This document shows, piece by piece, positions 31,239 to 48,238 of a stretch of DNA of 64,000 nt (positions are counted from its first letter, which is position 1; each line of letters begins with the position of its first letter). Under the pieces are notes generated by a model. It was given only the letters and a program-made list of their open reading frames with translations, was not told where the DNA came from and made no database searches. The stretch is from the human T2T-CHM13v2.0 reference genome, Homo sapiens. Where the stretch lies: the NCBI RefSeq assembly GCF_009914755.1, contig NC_060947.1; one strand, written 5' to 3'. The position numbers and the translations under genes are program-made.

Positions 31239-32564
31239 ACACCCAATGTAATGCTGTACATGGACATGGTTATTACCTAAATCTAGCCTTAATATCAAAC
31301 ACACTGAAGACATGTCATTACGTGGCATACATAGCCCATTCTGGGGGGATCAAGGACTTTTACTTACTGCTTTGGGATTTTGTGGGGAGACAGAGGTTTG
31401 CAGAGGAGGAATGGTGGTTGTCAGGTCAAGAGTAGGATAGTCAAGGAGTGGCTTAATATGATTTTTCTTGTGTAAAGTAAGCATGTTAAGATAAAATTAC
31501 CTATTAAATGCAACAACATTCGAATGTTCCTAATTATAGTCTCATCCTAACAAGACAGAGCGGGTAAAACATGACGGTTGGGTGGCGGGTGAGGGATTGG
31601 TGGTGAAGGAGGATCTACATAGGACATGAAGATGAGGGACTGAAAAAGAATTTGTTCACATTCTGCTGAAATCTCCCATAGTTTCCTTCATAACGCCACA
31701 AGTCTTTTTTCGAAGTCTCAGCCTGTGCTCAGAGTCAGGGTCAAAGTTCAAACAACGTCAAAGTTTATTTTTGAAATAAAGGTTTATTTCCTCACGGAAT
31801 TCTTGAAGGGTTTGCCCCATGTGTGTGAAGCATTGAGACTGGACTGAAAGGAATTTATTTTAGGACCCTGAGCCGTCTTTGGCTCACACGCTTACTGCCC
31901 TAGGAGATGATTGATGGCCATGTAAGTTTCCAGTCCACCCTTGGAGGCCCAGCTCTGGGGTTACATCCCTCCCACTCAGCGAAGCCTCTGTTGCCTCTAG
32001 GGCAGAAGCATGCTCTTTCCTCTCAAATCTTGTAGCACTGATCCACTCAATGTACCCACTCTTTTTTTTTAACTTTGCATGCTTCATTAATAATTTATCT
32101 AATTCTATATGTTTTGATAAATTGTTAATAATCATTATAAAGATAAACTCAATCCACAAATCCCTCTCTTTTCAGAGTGTAGCATTGATTAGCCTTGATA
32201 CTGTCTGCATTGTTAATTGAATTATAGGCTCTATCTGACTGAAAAGCTGGCAGTTCGATTTCTTTGGGCTACTGGGCTGCCTATCTGAGGAGAGAGAGTT
32301 TAATTGTATTCTTAACTGCAGAGCCATGCATTTATACCAAAAAGGGTAAATGACATTTAAAAAGAGAGTCGATTCAATCTAGTATTTGCCAATTCTTGTT
32401 AATTTCTCTTGGTACAGACACTTAGAACCAGAGAACAGAATGTTAGAGTTAGGATTAATGAGCAGCCTTTTCATACCCCCACTGCCTGTATATATATTTT
32501 TATTGAGTCTCATGGCAAGAGGGTGTGGGGTGAAATATATATTCTTAAAACTTAGATAAAACAC

Positions 32565-32680
32565 AGTGCGACCCTGTAGTTCCAGCTACTTGGGAGGATT
32601 GCTTGAGCTGGGTAGTTCGAGTTCAGTCCAGGCAACATAGCAAGACGTTGTCCCTAAAACCAGAAAAAAAAAAAAAAAAA
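32565..32680 (+). mobile_element. Alu monomer fragment
   Basis: cctgtagttccagctacttgggaggattgcttgagc followed by poly(A). Confidence 0.7.
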
Positions 32681-33559
32681 CTTAGATAAAACAATTGACT
32701 GTAGAGGAATATCAAAGAGAAAGCCAACATCTCTTCTTAGCCACCAAGTTGCTACTATCTGGCATATTTGAGAGGTAGCAACATGGAGGCAGTTTTCTTG
32801 TTTCTCATCCTGAAATAAGACTGAGGGCTGTACTGGGAAGCTGGGTAGGTTACATGAGGTTTGCTCATAAATTTTCATTTTGCAGCTGTGGAAACTGCCA
32901 GCTCAAGGAAGGAGAAATGGCATATCCTGTGTCACTTATTTATTCTTTCAAGTTCATTTTTATTGAAATTCTAGGTTCTTAGCAGCAGCTAGGAAGGCAG
33001 ATTGGGAGATGGGAAGGAAAGCAGAGGCCTTACTGGTCTTGAGTGGTCAATGCTCCCATTTCCTCCTGCCTCTCTGGCTACTCCTTCTGTCTCTGTTTCT
33101 AGGTCGGATCCATACCTGATTCCACAGGGGCTTAGGCTTAGGCTCAGAGTGCAACTCCAAAATCTGGTGTCAGGATGAACTGCTGCAGGCCTGGAGCATG
33201 GGAGTTGGTGGGTGCGTGGGAAGCATCCAGCACTTTCAGGTCTGGCTTGGCTGTGAAGGGCCTCCCCTTCTCTTCTTTGCACCTTCATTTTCTCTCTCTC
33301 CTTCTGAATGTGAAATGCCAAGGTTTATAGGCAAATCAAAGCAAATGTTGAATTCACAGAGCACTTTCTGGCTACTTGGCTCTGGAGATGTGAGCGCAGG
33401 TGGGGCGTAGCAGCCTTGGCCTCCACATGAAAAGTTCTTAAGCACTTCCTTCCTTGTGTCAGGCAATGTTCTACTCCAGATCCACAACGACTCTCTATAG
33501 CCCCTTCGGCTGAGTTGAATCCTTTAGTAAGGCTCTTCATATCTTGCTCTGCCTATAAT

Positions 33560-33710
33560 CCTCCATTTATTCATTCATTCATTCAGCAGGCATTTTCAGA
33601 GTACCTGTGGTGTACCCGTCACTGGGCTTGGCACTGGGCATACAGCAGTGAACAAGACAGAAGTGATTCCTGCTGCCATGCAGCTAACAATCATGTGGGG
33701 GAGACAATAT
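33560..33710 (-). mobile_element. L2 3' end
   Basis: (attc)n followed by gcactgggcatacagcagtgaacaagacag. Confidence 0.75.
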
Positions 33711-34694
33711 TATTACAAAGGAATATTAGTATTACTATTAAACAAGGATGTTCATATCACCCTCCAGTACACTGTGCCAGATACTGTGCTAGAGGGTGAT
33801 GTGGGAGCACAGGAGAGGACACTTTACCCTAGCTGCTTTCCTGCCCAGCCAGCTTGGCTGGAGCACGGTATTTCAAGAACTCTAACTTTCCCTCCACATA
33901 CCAGAGCCTGGCTCCCTACGCTCCTTCCTCTGAGGCTTTCTGCATCTCTGCTCACCTCTTGAACCCAAGGCAGCCCCTTATTCGAGGTCTCACCTTTCCT
34001 GTTGGGAAGAGACTGGATAAGAAGCAAGGTGACAACTTATATTCCCTTGGCTTCTTCCATCATACATGCAGACCCACTCTAGTCCTGGCAAGGGAGGAGG
34101 GACTCTGCTGTGAAGTGACTCCATTGCAAATACTTGATGTTTCCTTGACGAAAGCCAGGGCCATCTCATTGATGAGGCTGGAGTGAGAGCAGACTAGGCT
34201 GGGGGAAAGGGGGTAGGGCCAAAGCTGGTTTGCTTGGAATTGGGCTTGTTATTATAGATCTCTGAAAGATTCATCAGCATCAGGAATCAGAGTAGTGAGG
34301 GAGGCTCAGCGACCAGGCCCAGTCCAGGCCTGCTGTGCTCAGACAGTGAAGCTCTGACCACACAGTCTCCTTCAATCTGCTCGTACCTCATTTCTTCTTC
34401 TCCAGAGCAGAGATCAGTCTAAACAGCTCATAGGTCAAGGAAAAGTATCCCTGGAGAGTCCAGCCAAGTCCCTGCTTCCTCCCAGTTGCTCTCTTGGCTC
34501 AGGTTTGAGTTTGCCAAATCGAGAATTTGGGGTTTTTATTCTGCAACTGGATTTTACATTTCAGAAAGGGTACAAGTCTTTTGCCCATTTGTTGATTCTT
34601 ATTTTAATCAGAACCCAACTTTTCTAATATCCATGTTCTAATTTACTAAACAAGAAACAACTATATGCTGAAAAGGGAAATCGGATTACGCTTT

Positions 34695-34880
34695 TACTTT
34701 ATTTTTAATTGACAAACAATTATATGTATTTATGGGGCACGATGTGGTTTGATGTATATATATTAATACATTGTGGAATGATTAAATCAAACTAGTTAAC
34801 ATATCCATTACCTCACATATTTACCATTTTTCTGTGGTGTGAACATTTAGAATCTATTAGCAATTTTGAAATATACTAGT
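34695..34880 (-). mobile_element. L1MA 3' end fragment
   Basis: atgattaaatcaaactagttaacatatccattacctcacata. Confidence 0.7.
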
Positions 34881-34997
34881 TGTAGAACCTTCTTGAACTG
34901 CTTCAGGGACAATTAATTATCTGAAGGAATGCATGAAAACAGGCCACGCTCAGAATCATTAATGTAGATGCAGGTATTCTGTTCAAAGTGTTTTACT

Positions 34998-35293
34998 GGC
35001 CAGTGTGGTGGCTCATGCCTGTAATCCCAGTGCTTTGGGAGGCTGAGGGAGGAGGATTGCTTGGGGCCAAGGAGTTTAAGGCCAGCCTGGGCAACATAGG
35101 GAGATTCCGTCTCTTCAAAAAATAAAAACCAAATTAGCAGGAGTGGTGGCATGTGCCTATAGCCCTAGCTACTCAGGAGGCTGAGACCGGAGGATCCCCT
35201 GAGCCCAGAGTGAATTCAAGGCTGCAGTGAGCTGTGACCACACCACTGCACTCCAGCCAGGGTGACAGTAGTAGATCTTGTCTCTTAAAAAAA
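34998..35293 (+). mobile_element. AluJ
   Basis: Dimeric Alu; TSD aaagtgtttt(a/g)ct. Confidence 0.92.
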
Positions 35294-35939
35294 AAAGTGT
35301 TTTGCTAATGGATTATAAAGGATTATAAGGATGTGAACATTTGTAAGAGGAAAAATGAGAAGAGAATGAAGAGAAGGAAGAAACCGAAGTACACCAAAGT
35401 CAAAGAAGTGGGTTAGAGGAGAGTCAGATGGGAGCTCAGTGTGTTGAAAATAAGCGTTCTGAGTGGAAAGGTCCTAAGTGCATGAGGACATATGCTCACG
35501 TACTCTGGTTTTCTGAGGACAATAATGTGCCCCCTCTTTTCTGCCTTCTGGAATGGAGAGAAATCAGGCCGTGACCACAGGGTTGCCCGCACTGAAAGCA
35601 CATCTCGGCTCCTGTAACCCTCTTCGGAGAGCATCCCAGCAGCCCAGCCTGGCCAGGGATAGAGCCTATCCCAGCTGGCGGACCCTACCAGAAGGAGGCG
35701 TCCCTGGGCTCTCTTTTTGCATAAACTATGGAGTGGCGTCCCTCTATCTGAATTAAGTCTATTGTTCCAGAAAATGGGTTTGTTTCTATTCATCCACTCC
35801 AATGGCTTTACAATGTCCAGCCACTGTGGGACTCCCTAGAGACATTGTCTTCTTGAACAGTCGAATAAGATATTTGGTTTTTTGGTCCTTATTTCCAAGC
35901 TCCTGGGTGCTAGAAGGTTGTATTCACAGCCTAGTCTAG

Positions 35940-37620
<1,681 letters not shown>

Positions 37621-40600
37621 GGTCTGGCTGTTATTTGCTGGAGAGAATCATTTAAAGAAACTATCATCAGTTTCCTGAAGCGCATTCACTTTAGGAATCA
37701 GCCATGCCTGAGAAACCAGGTTCCAGTGGTGCCCTCACTGAGCACGCGGGACGTGTGAGAGGGTAGGGGGGCTACGCGAGCCCTTGTCCTTTACTGTTTT
37801 GGATCCCAGCACTTTACACGGGGAATCCTCTGTCTGTGGAAATGCAGTGCCCCTGAGAGTGTGGGACTTCTGCTGAAAGCAAGGGGACTGAGTAGGCTGG
37901 AAATGCTGACTACAGCTGGGGCATGCCAGGTACCAGGGCCAATCGGTTCCTCCAGAAAGCTGGGGAGAGAAGGAGCAGTGTGGCCAGAAAGTTTCCAATG
38001 GGGGCAGAAGATGACTGCTGGCTGATTTCTGAGTGCAAGCTTCCAGCTAACTTGGGAAAGAATTGCCTGGGCCAGCCCCTCTTCATTGCAGACCCCACCC
38101 CATCCCCACCCCTTCCAGAAGGACTGGAGTCAGGCCCTGGCACCTCTCTTCATAAAGGTCTCTGACCTCTGAGGTAGATGGCAGAGGTCTCTGGTGGAGA
38201 TAAATGAACTGAGTCCTATTGGAAAAGAAAGGTGGAAGCCACAGATGACTGCCAGATGGAATGTAGACGTTGGACCAGGAGCCTCTGCATGGCAGGGGCT
38301 CAGTTTTTTGCTGGGGTCCCACTGATTACAGGATTAGTCTAGGAGAAATTTGATAAGTCAGCTTGAGGAGTAGTTTTCAAAATCCCTACACAGTTTGCAG
38401 AGAGCCACCTACTGAGTTCAGTAGGGTAAGTTAAGGACAGTTTTTTCAACTCTACCTTCCTGTCCACTGAATTAGCAAGCCCTTTCCGTGGGAGGGAAGG
38501 CAGGGCTTCACCAAGTCACCTTTGGGACCTAACCCTCTCCGGTGATCTGCCAGGTTAGAAGGAGATGGCTTTATGCAATGGATAGCTTGCAATGGAGAGG
38601 AACAATTGTTAAGTTAAATTACCACTGGTTTGGCTTCTTGGCAGTTTTCAAGAGCAGGAAGAGTGGCCATCTCTCATCCCTGGTGTGGCCTCTTGCTTTT
38701 GAGAATGTACATGTCCCACGGCTCAGAGGCACCCAAGGGACTGCTGCATAAATGGAACACAGCTACCTTCTGTAAGTTGGTGAAAAGGTCTGATTTTCCA
38801 TTTTCTGGTCTAATGCCCTACCCTAGACTCCCCTTGAAGTTCTCAGTGCACACTTTTCTCTTCAGGAGCTGTAATTGGGTAGCACTGAAATTAGGCCTTC
38901 TCAGCAATGGTCTGAACATAAGTGCCAAATGCAAAGAGAGTTGGGGAGCGTAATCAGTGCACCATCTGGCCACTCCCTTGTCGCTCAGGCATAAGCTTCA
39001 ACAGGGTGTTTAGCAAGCCGAATATTAGATTTTGACCGTAAGTAAGTAAATAAATGAACATTGTCATGTCTTGCCCTTTTTTCTTCCCTATGCGTTTTCC
39101 TCCTAGGATTCCCACTCCCTTACTGACCATTTTGCTGGGGGTCAGCATTTTACCCTGCATATCCTCCATCTGTCTGGATTGCCCTCAGATTCTTCCTCTA
39201 GCTATTTATTTTGACCATGGGGCAGGAGAAACCTGGGAAGGTGGGAGGAAGGTTGGAAAGCAACATGGCCAGAGTGAATGACAGCTGACAGGCCAGCAGT
39301 ATATAGCCTCCCTGCAGTGACAACTTGGCTGCCACTGACTGAGTAGTGGCAAGTCAGACTGGCCTATAGCCTGCAGGCTGGGCTGGGGCCCTGAGAAGCA
39401 GCAGGGGGAGGACAGAGAGAGGAGGAGCGAGATAGAGGAGGAGAAAGTGGATGCTGAAGAAGTTGAAGGTGCTTCTCTACACAATCACAATCATGGGTCA
39501 TGCCCCCACCATCTTCAAGGTTACAGGGGTGGACTGGGCTAGGCTAGTTGCCTCGCAACATCCCACCCACTCCACTGAAGGCTGTTCTTTGGTAACATGA
39601 ACCCCTTTGAGACTGCCCTAAAAGCTCTTGTAACTGGTATGGTGTGGGAGATGGGGATGGAAGGAGGAGACGGTAGACCACAGGACTGCCGAAGGCCCCT
39701 GTGGTTGTGGATCTGTGGCAGTTGCCACACCCTAGGCATGGCCCTGCCTATAAGTTGAGGTTTTCCCCACATCTGGTTTTGAATGTGTCCTGTTTTATGG
39801 CATCTGTGGCCTGTACACTGGGTTCTTCATCTAAAAAATGGTGTAGTCAAAGCCATTGGGAAATAGCTCCATGCCTGCCACCATATGCTGAGTCAATCTA
39901 AGCTTTCCAACTTCTCCCTTGGAGATCTATATAATGTTTGTAGGTGCTTAGATGATAATTACAAAAGCAATCAGGCCATCCGCGTAGGGATATAATATCT
40001 CCTTTGCCATCAAGGAAGTCACTGAAGGGCTAGATAATTCTAGGTATGTTTAATAACACTGGAAAACTATCATGTTACACTAGCTCATGAACTTGCTGTG
40101 GGAAAGATGTTCTGTTGCTTCTTACAATTATTTTGGCTTGAATACAGCCAGTTGGGTCCGTGGTGAAAACTCCCTCTTCATCTTTATGTAAAATTCCTAC
40201 TTCTTGATTTTCCAACTTTATGGCAACTCTGGCTCCAAATCAGAAAGGACAGCTGGTTTATTTGTGTTTAAATCATAATTCCAGTGTGAGGATAGACTGT
40301 TGTAAATCTATACGGAGATGAAAAAATGAAAAAAGCACCTCCAGACTGCAATGAGTTTGCCATTAGATGAGGTGTTGTGGACCCTGAGTCTGACCGTCCT
40401 TGCTAATGAAGAGAAGAGATGGCCTCTTGAGTCAGATGGAGTGGGGAGGGTGGCAGGAATTTGGGGACTTGGAACAGGCACTCAGCCAGGGCTTACTTTG
40501 TCTCTGTGGTACGTTTCATCCCGAGGCTCTTGGGACAGAGGGTTGACAGAGTATGGAGGGAGAAGCAAACCCATTTTCTTTTCTCTTCCCACCCCACCCT

Positions 40601-42804
40601 GCTTTCCATTTTCTTTTTAAATACCATGAAATTCCTGGTCTGCTTCATGGTATTTCCATGTGTTGAAAACATCTTCCCTGGAGATTTGGATACCAAAATG
40701 TCCACTAGAATTTCTTCCACTTTAGAAACAAGACATTTAATCTTCTCTTTTTTAAGACACATGAATAGCTAAAGTGATAAAAGTGTCAGGATGTTGGAAT
40801 AGTAGAGTAATAGGAGAAGATTCAAGTTATGGCTCTTGGGCTCAACCTTGACCTTGACGACATTGATTAGGTTTTAGGAGGAGAGTGGTATATTTACATC
40901 ATCTGTTCCTGTACCTCTCTGGTGTGGTACCAACAATTCAGTCATTAACCACCATATGTGTCATAACACTTGACATCCCGGACCCAGAAAGGGGAAGGTA
41001 CCTGTCCAAAGGCACCCAGCTGGATCAAGACCTTCAGTAGTCATGAGTGCTGAAAAGATTTTAGTGCCTCCCCATATGTAATTCCAAGTGAAAGCAATAC
41101 TAAACCTTTAAACAAAAATGTTACTCTTTTTAAATGGCTCAAAGCTCACATGGATGTTGAAATTAAAATATCTTACTAGATTCTTTCTCCCTTCCTCTCT
41201 GTCTTTTGTACCCCTGCTGTTGGTGGCCTAATCATGTATTTAATCTGCTGATTTGGGAATGTGGTACCGGCTGGGTCACACAGCAGGTCAGTGACAGGAG
41301 GCCTCCACCTAGAAGCCATGCCTTCTGACAACCAGACTAGTGCTCTGCCCTCTGCAGTGATGCTAAGTTCAAAGTCAGTTGTTCTTCGAGAGTCATTTTC
41401 TTGGCATTTTCTCTAGTTGGAACTTGTCCAGGATGAGAAATAACTCCTGTTACCTTTAGTAACTGAGGGCACCCTGTGGTTCTGTAGTTGTGGCCGGGGG
41501 TGAGCTGAAGCTGGAGAGGAGAAAGGAAGGTCAAACTTTCTCATATAGAGAATATAGAGAATAGGTGTGAGGCAACAGGCTCTCTTGTTAAAGCAAAACA
41601 TAGTCTTCTTTGAATGGAAAATTGCTCCAGAAAAAGGATCTTCAGGTGGGAAGGGGTGGCTGGCCAGTGACCCTGACACTGTTGCAATCCCTCCTGATCC
41701 CTCTGCCATCTTTATACCTGTTCTTCTCCCTTGTAGCTTTCAATCCAGTTGTAGACACTACTTGCCACACACCTGCATCCTGACTATTTTCTGTTATTCT
41801 AGTAGAGGCTGGTTGGCATTTCAGAAGGCACCTTTTATTAAAAACCAATGGGAACAAGAAAGTAACATTATTACCAAAAGTGCATTTAGCATACACATTT
41901 ACAGGGTATGGATTTCTTATCCTTCAGTGCTCAAGTAGCTTAACAGGCTCACTGGCTTTGCTGCTGTATTCCCTTTCTGAAGGCCTCAAATCGTCTTTTC
42001 CTTAGATCATTATTTTCTAGCCTCGAAAAGTGGGCACAACTGCGTCTGGACCCTGTCTGACCTTTGTGCTGGGTGCTAAAGACCCAGAGGTGAATAAGAC
42101 CCAATGTCTCCATTCGAGGAGCTGCCAAGCTGCAGAGGTAGGTGCCATCTCATTCCTGACCACATCAGCATGTGGTGCCTGGGAATCAGGTCTTATTTAG
42201 GTGGAGGAGAGCTGATAACCAGAACCAGGACCCTAGTTCACATACCAGAAGATTCTTCTGCTCAGTCCGGTTTGGCGTCCAAAGATGGAATTTGGACTTT
42301 TAGAATTCCCTATGGTAAAAACAAAAATAAAAACCAATCTGTCATTCTGTTAGTGTTATTGTGAATTTAGCAATGCTTTTAAATGAATTTGCAGTTTTAA
42401 ACACTATAATGTTATCTTCATGCATATGAAGAGTAGTGCTTATTCAGTCCATAGACAATGCTTGGTGGATCTGCAAACTAACAGACTTCTTGTGATAACT
42501 CTATGGTCCTCTAGAGTCCTCTACTGTCAGTTGGGAATCGCTGGCCTTCCTGGTTCAAGCTATCAGCTCTCCCCTGCTCTGTGGAACTCCACAATTTCAC
42601 TCAAATAAGCCCTCATTGAAGTTTTCAAGTTAGAGGGCACAGGATGGCAATCTTAACAGTCAAGACTACTTTAATAATGCCACAAACAGGAGGTATGTTT
42701 ATTAAGTGTACAGGTAGTTTGCAGTAAAGTGCTTTGTATGAGGTCATGCACAAGACCACTAGGTATCAGCCAGTTAACTTGGGAGGTTTGAGCAATTAGG
42801 CAGC

Positions 42805-42900
42805 TCTTCCTCCCTCCCTTCCTCTCTCCCTCCCCCCTCCCTCCCTCCCTCCCTCCCTCCTTTCCTCCCTTCCATTCCCTTCCTCCCTCCCTCTCTTTCT
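42805..42900. repeat. (CCCT)n-like polypyrimidine tract
   Basis: Directly visible. Confidence 0.9.
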
Positions 42901-43390
42901 AAAATGTAAGCTCCTCAATAAGATATAAGCTCCTTGAGGGTAGTAGTCTTTATCTGTTTTCACTGTTGTGTCTCCAGCTCCCAAAACAATGCTTGGCACC
43001 TAATAGGCACTTAATAAATACCTGTTAGATTGAATACCTTCTTTCTTTCTTTCTAGCTATCGCACACTTATTGAGTACTTGACTCTGGGCCCTGCCCTGT
43101 GCTGATTTCTGGGGGTACAGAGTAGAACTAGGATGCAGGCCCACAGTCCAGTGGGGAGAACAGTGAGCCATAGTGCTGTGGAGATAAGGTCTAGGCTACC
43201 GGGGCAAGGCAGAGGAGGCACACCTGACTCAGGACAGAGGCTGAGCGAAGCTTCCAGGAAGATGTGATGTCTGAGTTCTGAAGGATGATCTGGAGCTGGC
43301 CGTTGAAGGTTGAAGAAGGTGGGGGAAGGAATTCCTGGCTCAGGAAGTAGCCTGTGCAAAGCCCTGGATATGTGAGAGAGCTGGTGTGGG
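42900..43390. mobile_element. Two L2 fragments in opposite orientation
   Basis: aatgtaagctcc...gcacttaataaatac (plus); cttattgagtacttgactctgggccctgccctgtgctg (minus). Confidence 0.7.
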
Positions 43391-44234
43391 GGAGGAATTC
43401 ACTGCCAGTGATTCAGGAGGAGAGGGAGCAAGGCACCTCCTGACTCAGAATAAGCCCCCAGGGTGGAGGTGGGGTGGGAAGTTCCTCACATCCTGTTTGT
43501 TCGTCAGGGAGTTGGATATGAGGGTCTTGAGAAGGTTAAACTGCATGGTTCAAATGAAGTTGTAATATTAACTAACTGTGGATTTTCTTTATCTACACTC
43601 AAGTTTTCATTATCCTTGGGCAGATGAGACCCAGGCAACCTCGGCTCCTTCATGCTTTGCAGGGCCAGGCCCTGGGCCCCTCTAAAAAGGCTAGACAGAG
43701 CAGGAGGGGCTCCGAGCCACAGTGAGAAAGAGAGAGAAAGCAAGAGTCTACCTGCCTGTGTGTCCCCGGCTGTGTGTATCCAGTTGCACTCCAAAGCTAA
43801 ATGTATTATTTATGCCCCTGCTTTTCTGTGAGTGGGGAAATTTGAGGCTTGACGATATCTTTTATTATTATTTTTCTTTCTGAATAGCATAGATTCTTCA
43901 GAATCGTCTGTAATTCATCAAGGGGAAAATCAGAATTTTTTTTTTTTTTTTTAAATGGACTCAAAGAGGAGATGAGTTTTTAAAAAATATCTATCATCTG
44001 TTTTTATTTTGACTGGAATCATTTGCTTCCTAGCACAGTGTAATTAGCTGCCTGACAATTTATAGCCTGATCCCCAGTAACTGAAAAATACCAAACTCAA
44101 ATTATTCCCCCAGACTAGGAGGCCCGGAGGTGATTGAGGTCTCCTTACGTTAACATCCTCTGTCCTTGGGGGCTGAGGGGGAGGGCAGTTCTCTGCCCTT
44201 GCAGGAGGTGGTATCTCCGAGTTGTCAGCAAGAC

Positions 44235-44745
44235 AGGCCTTGTTGTTATACACTGAGTGTCTCCTTTGACTCAGTAATTCCATTTCCAGGATTTTATGCT
44301 AAAGAAATAATCAGATATTGTGGGGGGAAAAATGTGCAGGGAACCCCCACTGCATTTTTTGGTTATTTGCATTAACCAGAAAAAGGAAAATAACTTACAC
44401 ATTCAATAATAGGGGAGTGGTTATATAAATTTTCCTAGGTCTATGTGATAGACTAATATACAGCCATGAAAAGCTATGCTCTAAATGAATTATAAGGCTA
44501 CATGGAAATGCACAAAATAATGCTGAGTAAAAACCAAAGATAAAATTTACTACTATATACAATATCGTCTAAAACAGAGCACCCACACAGACACATACAC
44601 ATAAGAAGAAACTGGAGAAGCCTATGCCAAAATGCTGACAATGATTATCTCAGGGTGATGGGATTATGGGGATGAGTGGTAGTATTTTCCTTCTACCATT
44701 CTGTATTTGTCAAAATTTCCCCAATCAACATCTATTACTTTTAGT
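44235..44745 (+). mobile_element. L1ME-like 3' fragment
   Basis: cctttgactcagtaattccatttccagga; degenerate old L1 3' UTR. Confidence 0.6.
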
Positions 44746-44789
44746 AAATAGAAAAGACAATGGATGACATGTTAAGGAAAAGGATCTTT

Positions 44790-44965
44790 GGATTTGGAAT
44801 CGTCAGCTTCCAGGTGAAGTCCCACTTGCCCAGCACCTACTATCTGACTCTAGTGTCTCTGAGCCACAGTTCCTCATCTGTAAAATGGGGTTAAATACTA
44901 CCCAGTTCACAGGGTTGTTGTGAGGATCCAAAATAATGTATGTATTAATGAAATGCCTGGTGCCT
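44790..44965 (+). mobile_element. MIR
   Basis: ctctgagccacagttcctcatctgtaaaatggg. Confidence 0.8.
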
Positions 44966-46355
44966 ATGCTGCAACCATGGACACCATCACTAAATACTAA
45001 GAAGGTGAAATTCCACGAAGCTTGCTGAAATCCCTGGATGGGGGTACTGTCAAGATGAAGTTATAATAAGAATGTTCCTAGACAGCTATGAATTGCAGCC
45101 ATTCTTCCCTTTTCCAGAATATGTAAAGAATGTTTGTGTGCCCACGGAGGAGCCGCATCTAGCCTTTGAGGCTGTCAGCTCATCTTTCCCAACCCGAGGA
45201 TTTTCCTTTCCTCTGACTCCTCCCTTCATTCTCCCCCACTGACATCTGTTCACTGCCTCGCCAACCAAGGGGGAAAACATTCTTTGGAACTGAAGCTGAG
45301 GCACCACCAAGAGTCAAGGCAGCTATGAGATGTTTATTGTCACAGAGAATATGTGGTGCTGGCTGACCACAGAACCTGCCAGGCTGGGATGCCAAGGAGG
45401 GACTTTAATGAAGCAGCAGAGGATGGATGCAAGCCGCATAGCCAGGCAGTGTCCCCTGCCTTTGGGCAGAGCTCTTGTCCAAGTGTCTCACTGGCTCTCT
45501 GTTTTCTTCCCCTTGGGATGTCTGCATGGCTCCTGGTTGAGCTCACCAGTTTTACAGAACCAGCCTGGTTTATGGGTGAAGAAACACCTTCTCACAGAAC
45601 TTATGGGGCCTAAGCGTGTTTCAGTAAAGTACTGGGCAGTTTGCCTGAGGGCCCAGCATGCCTAACTCTCACCAGCGTGGATATGAAGCGAGGAAAACCT
45701 GAGCTCACAGCCAGGCAGCCTCAAGGACATAGGCACACCTCAGCAGTGTCTACAAGATGCCCTGGCCACCAGGCAATCCAGCCATCTCCCTGGGTAGAAT
45801 CCTTCACACTGCATGTCTGATTGCATTTTTCATTTTTTAATTACAGCCGTAGACTCATATAGACTCTGACTGCCAATCTAAAGCACCTAGAGAGTTTTTT
45901 TAAATTGTTAATGTTTTGCTAAATTCTTAATAATTATACAAAATCATTATGTAGACCAATAGATATTATTGACCAAGATATAGTGATGCTTAAAACAAAG
46001 TCCTCTGTAATCAGTACAACATGTTGGTAGAATTTACCCTAAATGTTAAAAAAAAAAAAAGTACTAATGCTGTGGCTCCACCCCATACCAATAAATCCAG
46101 AATTTCTGGGGGATGAGGCCCAAGAAACAGTACTATTTAAAAGTTCCCATGTGATTCTACCGTGCAGCTTAGGTGAAGAACTCCTGTTATAGATGTTAAA
46201 GCTGGGAGAGACCCAGTTTCCTGACTTATTTGAACACGCAATCCTTTACAAATTATACTTGTGGATAATGAGCATGAACTATGATGCAGACTTAGATTAA
46301 AGTAAGTGACAAAAAAAAATGATCTCGCAGATGAATTAATTGTAAGCAGTAATAA

Positions 46356-46677
<322 letters not shown>

Positions 46678-46710
46678 AATATATTTTTTAACATTATAAG
46701 AGAACATAGG

Positions 46711-47109
<399 letters not shown>

Positions 47110-48099
47110 TTACATATTTTGGTTATAACACGTCATCAAAACCCACTAACATTTTAAACAAGAATAGCATTTTTGTTTTCTTACGTCACCGCCACTTAAT
47201 ATCACCCATGATGTTACTGGGTTGGATCCCTACACCAGGTCAATCTCAACTTATTTTTCTTTGCAACAGAATATAACGACTCCACTATGCACGAGTTCAT
47301 CGGAGTATAGGCAAGAGGAAAGAAACTTCCAGTCGTAATATTTAGTGTTCTGAAATAGGCTGTGCCAGAAATTCCAAATAGAAGTTGGAATGGTTGCCTC
47401 CAAATCAACGTCTAGATCAGACTCTGTGCTTTCCCGTGTTCTCTGATGTGGCACACTCTTTCATGCAGGTAGATTATTGTGTTAATAATACGGCATAAGA
47501 GTGAAATGTATTATCCACATTTGTATTTTGTATTTGTATCCACAAATATAATTTGTAAAGGATTGTGTGTTCAAATAAGTTGGGAAACTTTGGAGTGGTC
47601 TCTCCCAGCTTTAACCATCTATAACAGGGGTTCTTCATCCCAGTTGCACAGTAGAATGTATAAATGTATTGAGTATTTTTAATCCCATTTATACTTCAAC
47701 AAATGCAATGCAGAAGAAAGAGTATTTATCTTTTTTCCCTTCATGATCGCAACAGAAATAGTTTTAGAATGTGGATCTAGGCCAACACTCACCCAGAGAA
47801 AGGAAGAGGACTGGGGCAAAGGGATCTCTGGGTAGGTGGCTGTGTGTTTGGATTTCCAGTGCAGAACCTCTCTTGTGGCTATTTTGGGGTCCTGAGACAT
47901 CCACTTATGTGACCCTGTCAGCAGCCCCCCTGGGAAATACGAAGGCAAGGGGGACAAAGGGAAAGGGAGAACTATGGGGGGCACTTTTGGCATCCCTCCA
48001 TAGTGTGATCAGAGAGGGGAGATGCTAAAGGTAACCCCTATAGTTTGCCTCCCAAGCAATACTGTACATCGAGGATGATAAATAAGGCATCAAGAATAG

Positions 48100-48238
48100 G
48101 CTGTAGGTGGGAGAGGTGGCACGGGCCTGTAGTCCCAGCTACTTGGGAGCCTGAGGCGGGAGGATCCCTTGAGCCCAAGAGTTCAAGGCCAGCTGGGGCA
48201 ACATAGCGAGAACTTGACTGTATTTAAAAAAAGAAAAA
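48100..48238 (+). mobile_element. Alu monomer (FLAM/FRAM-like)
   Basis: gcctgtagtcccagctacttgggag...ggcaacatagcgaga followed by an A tail. Confidence 0.8.
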
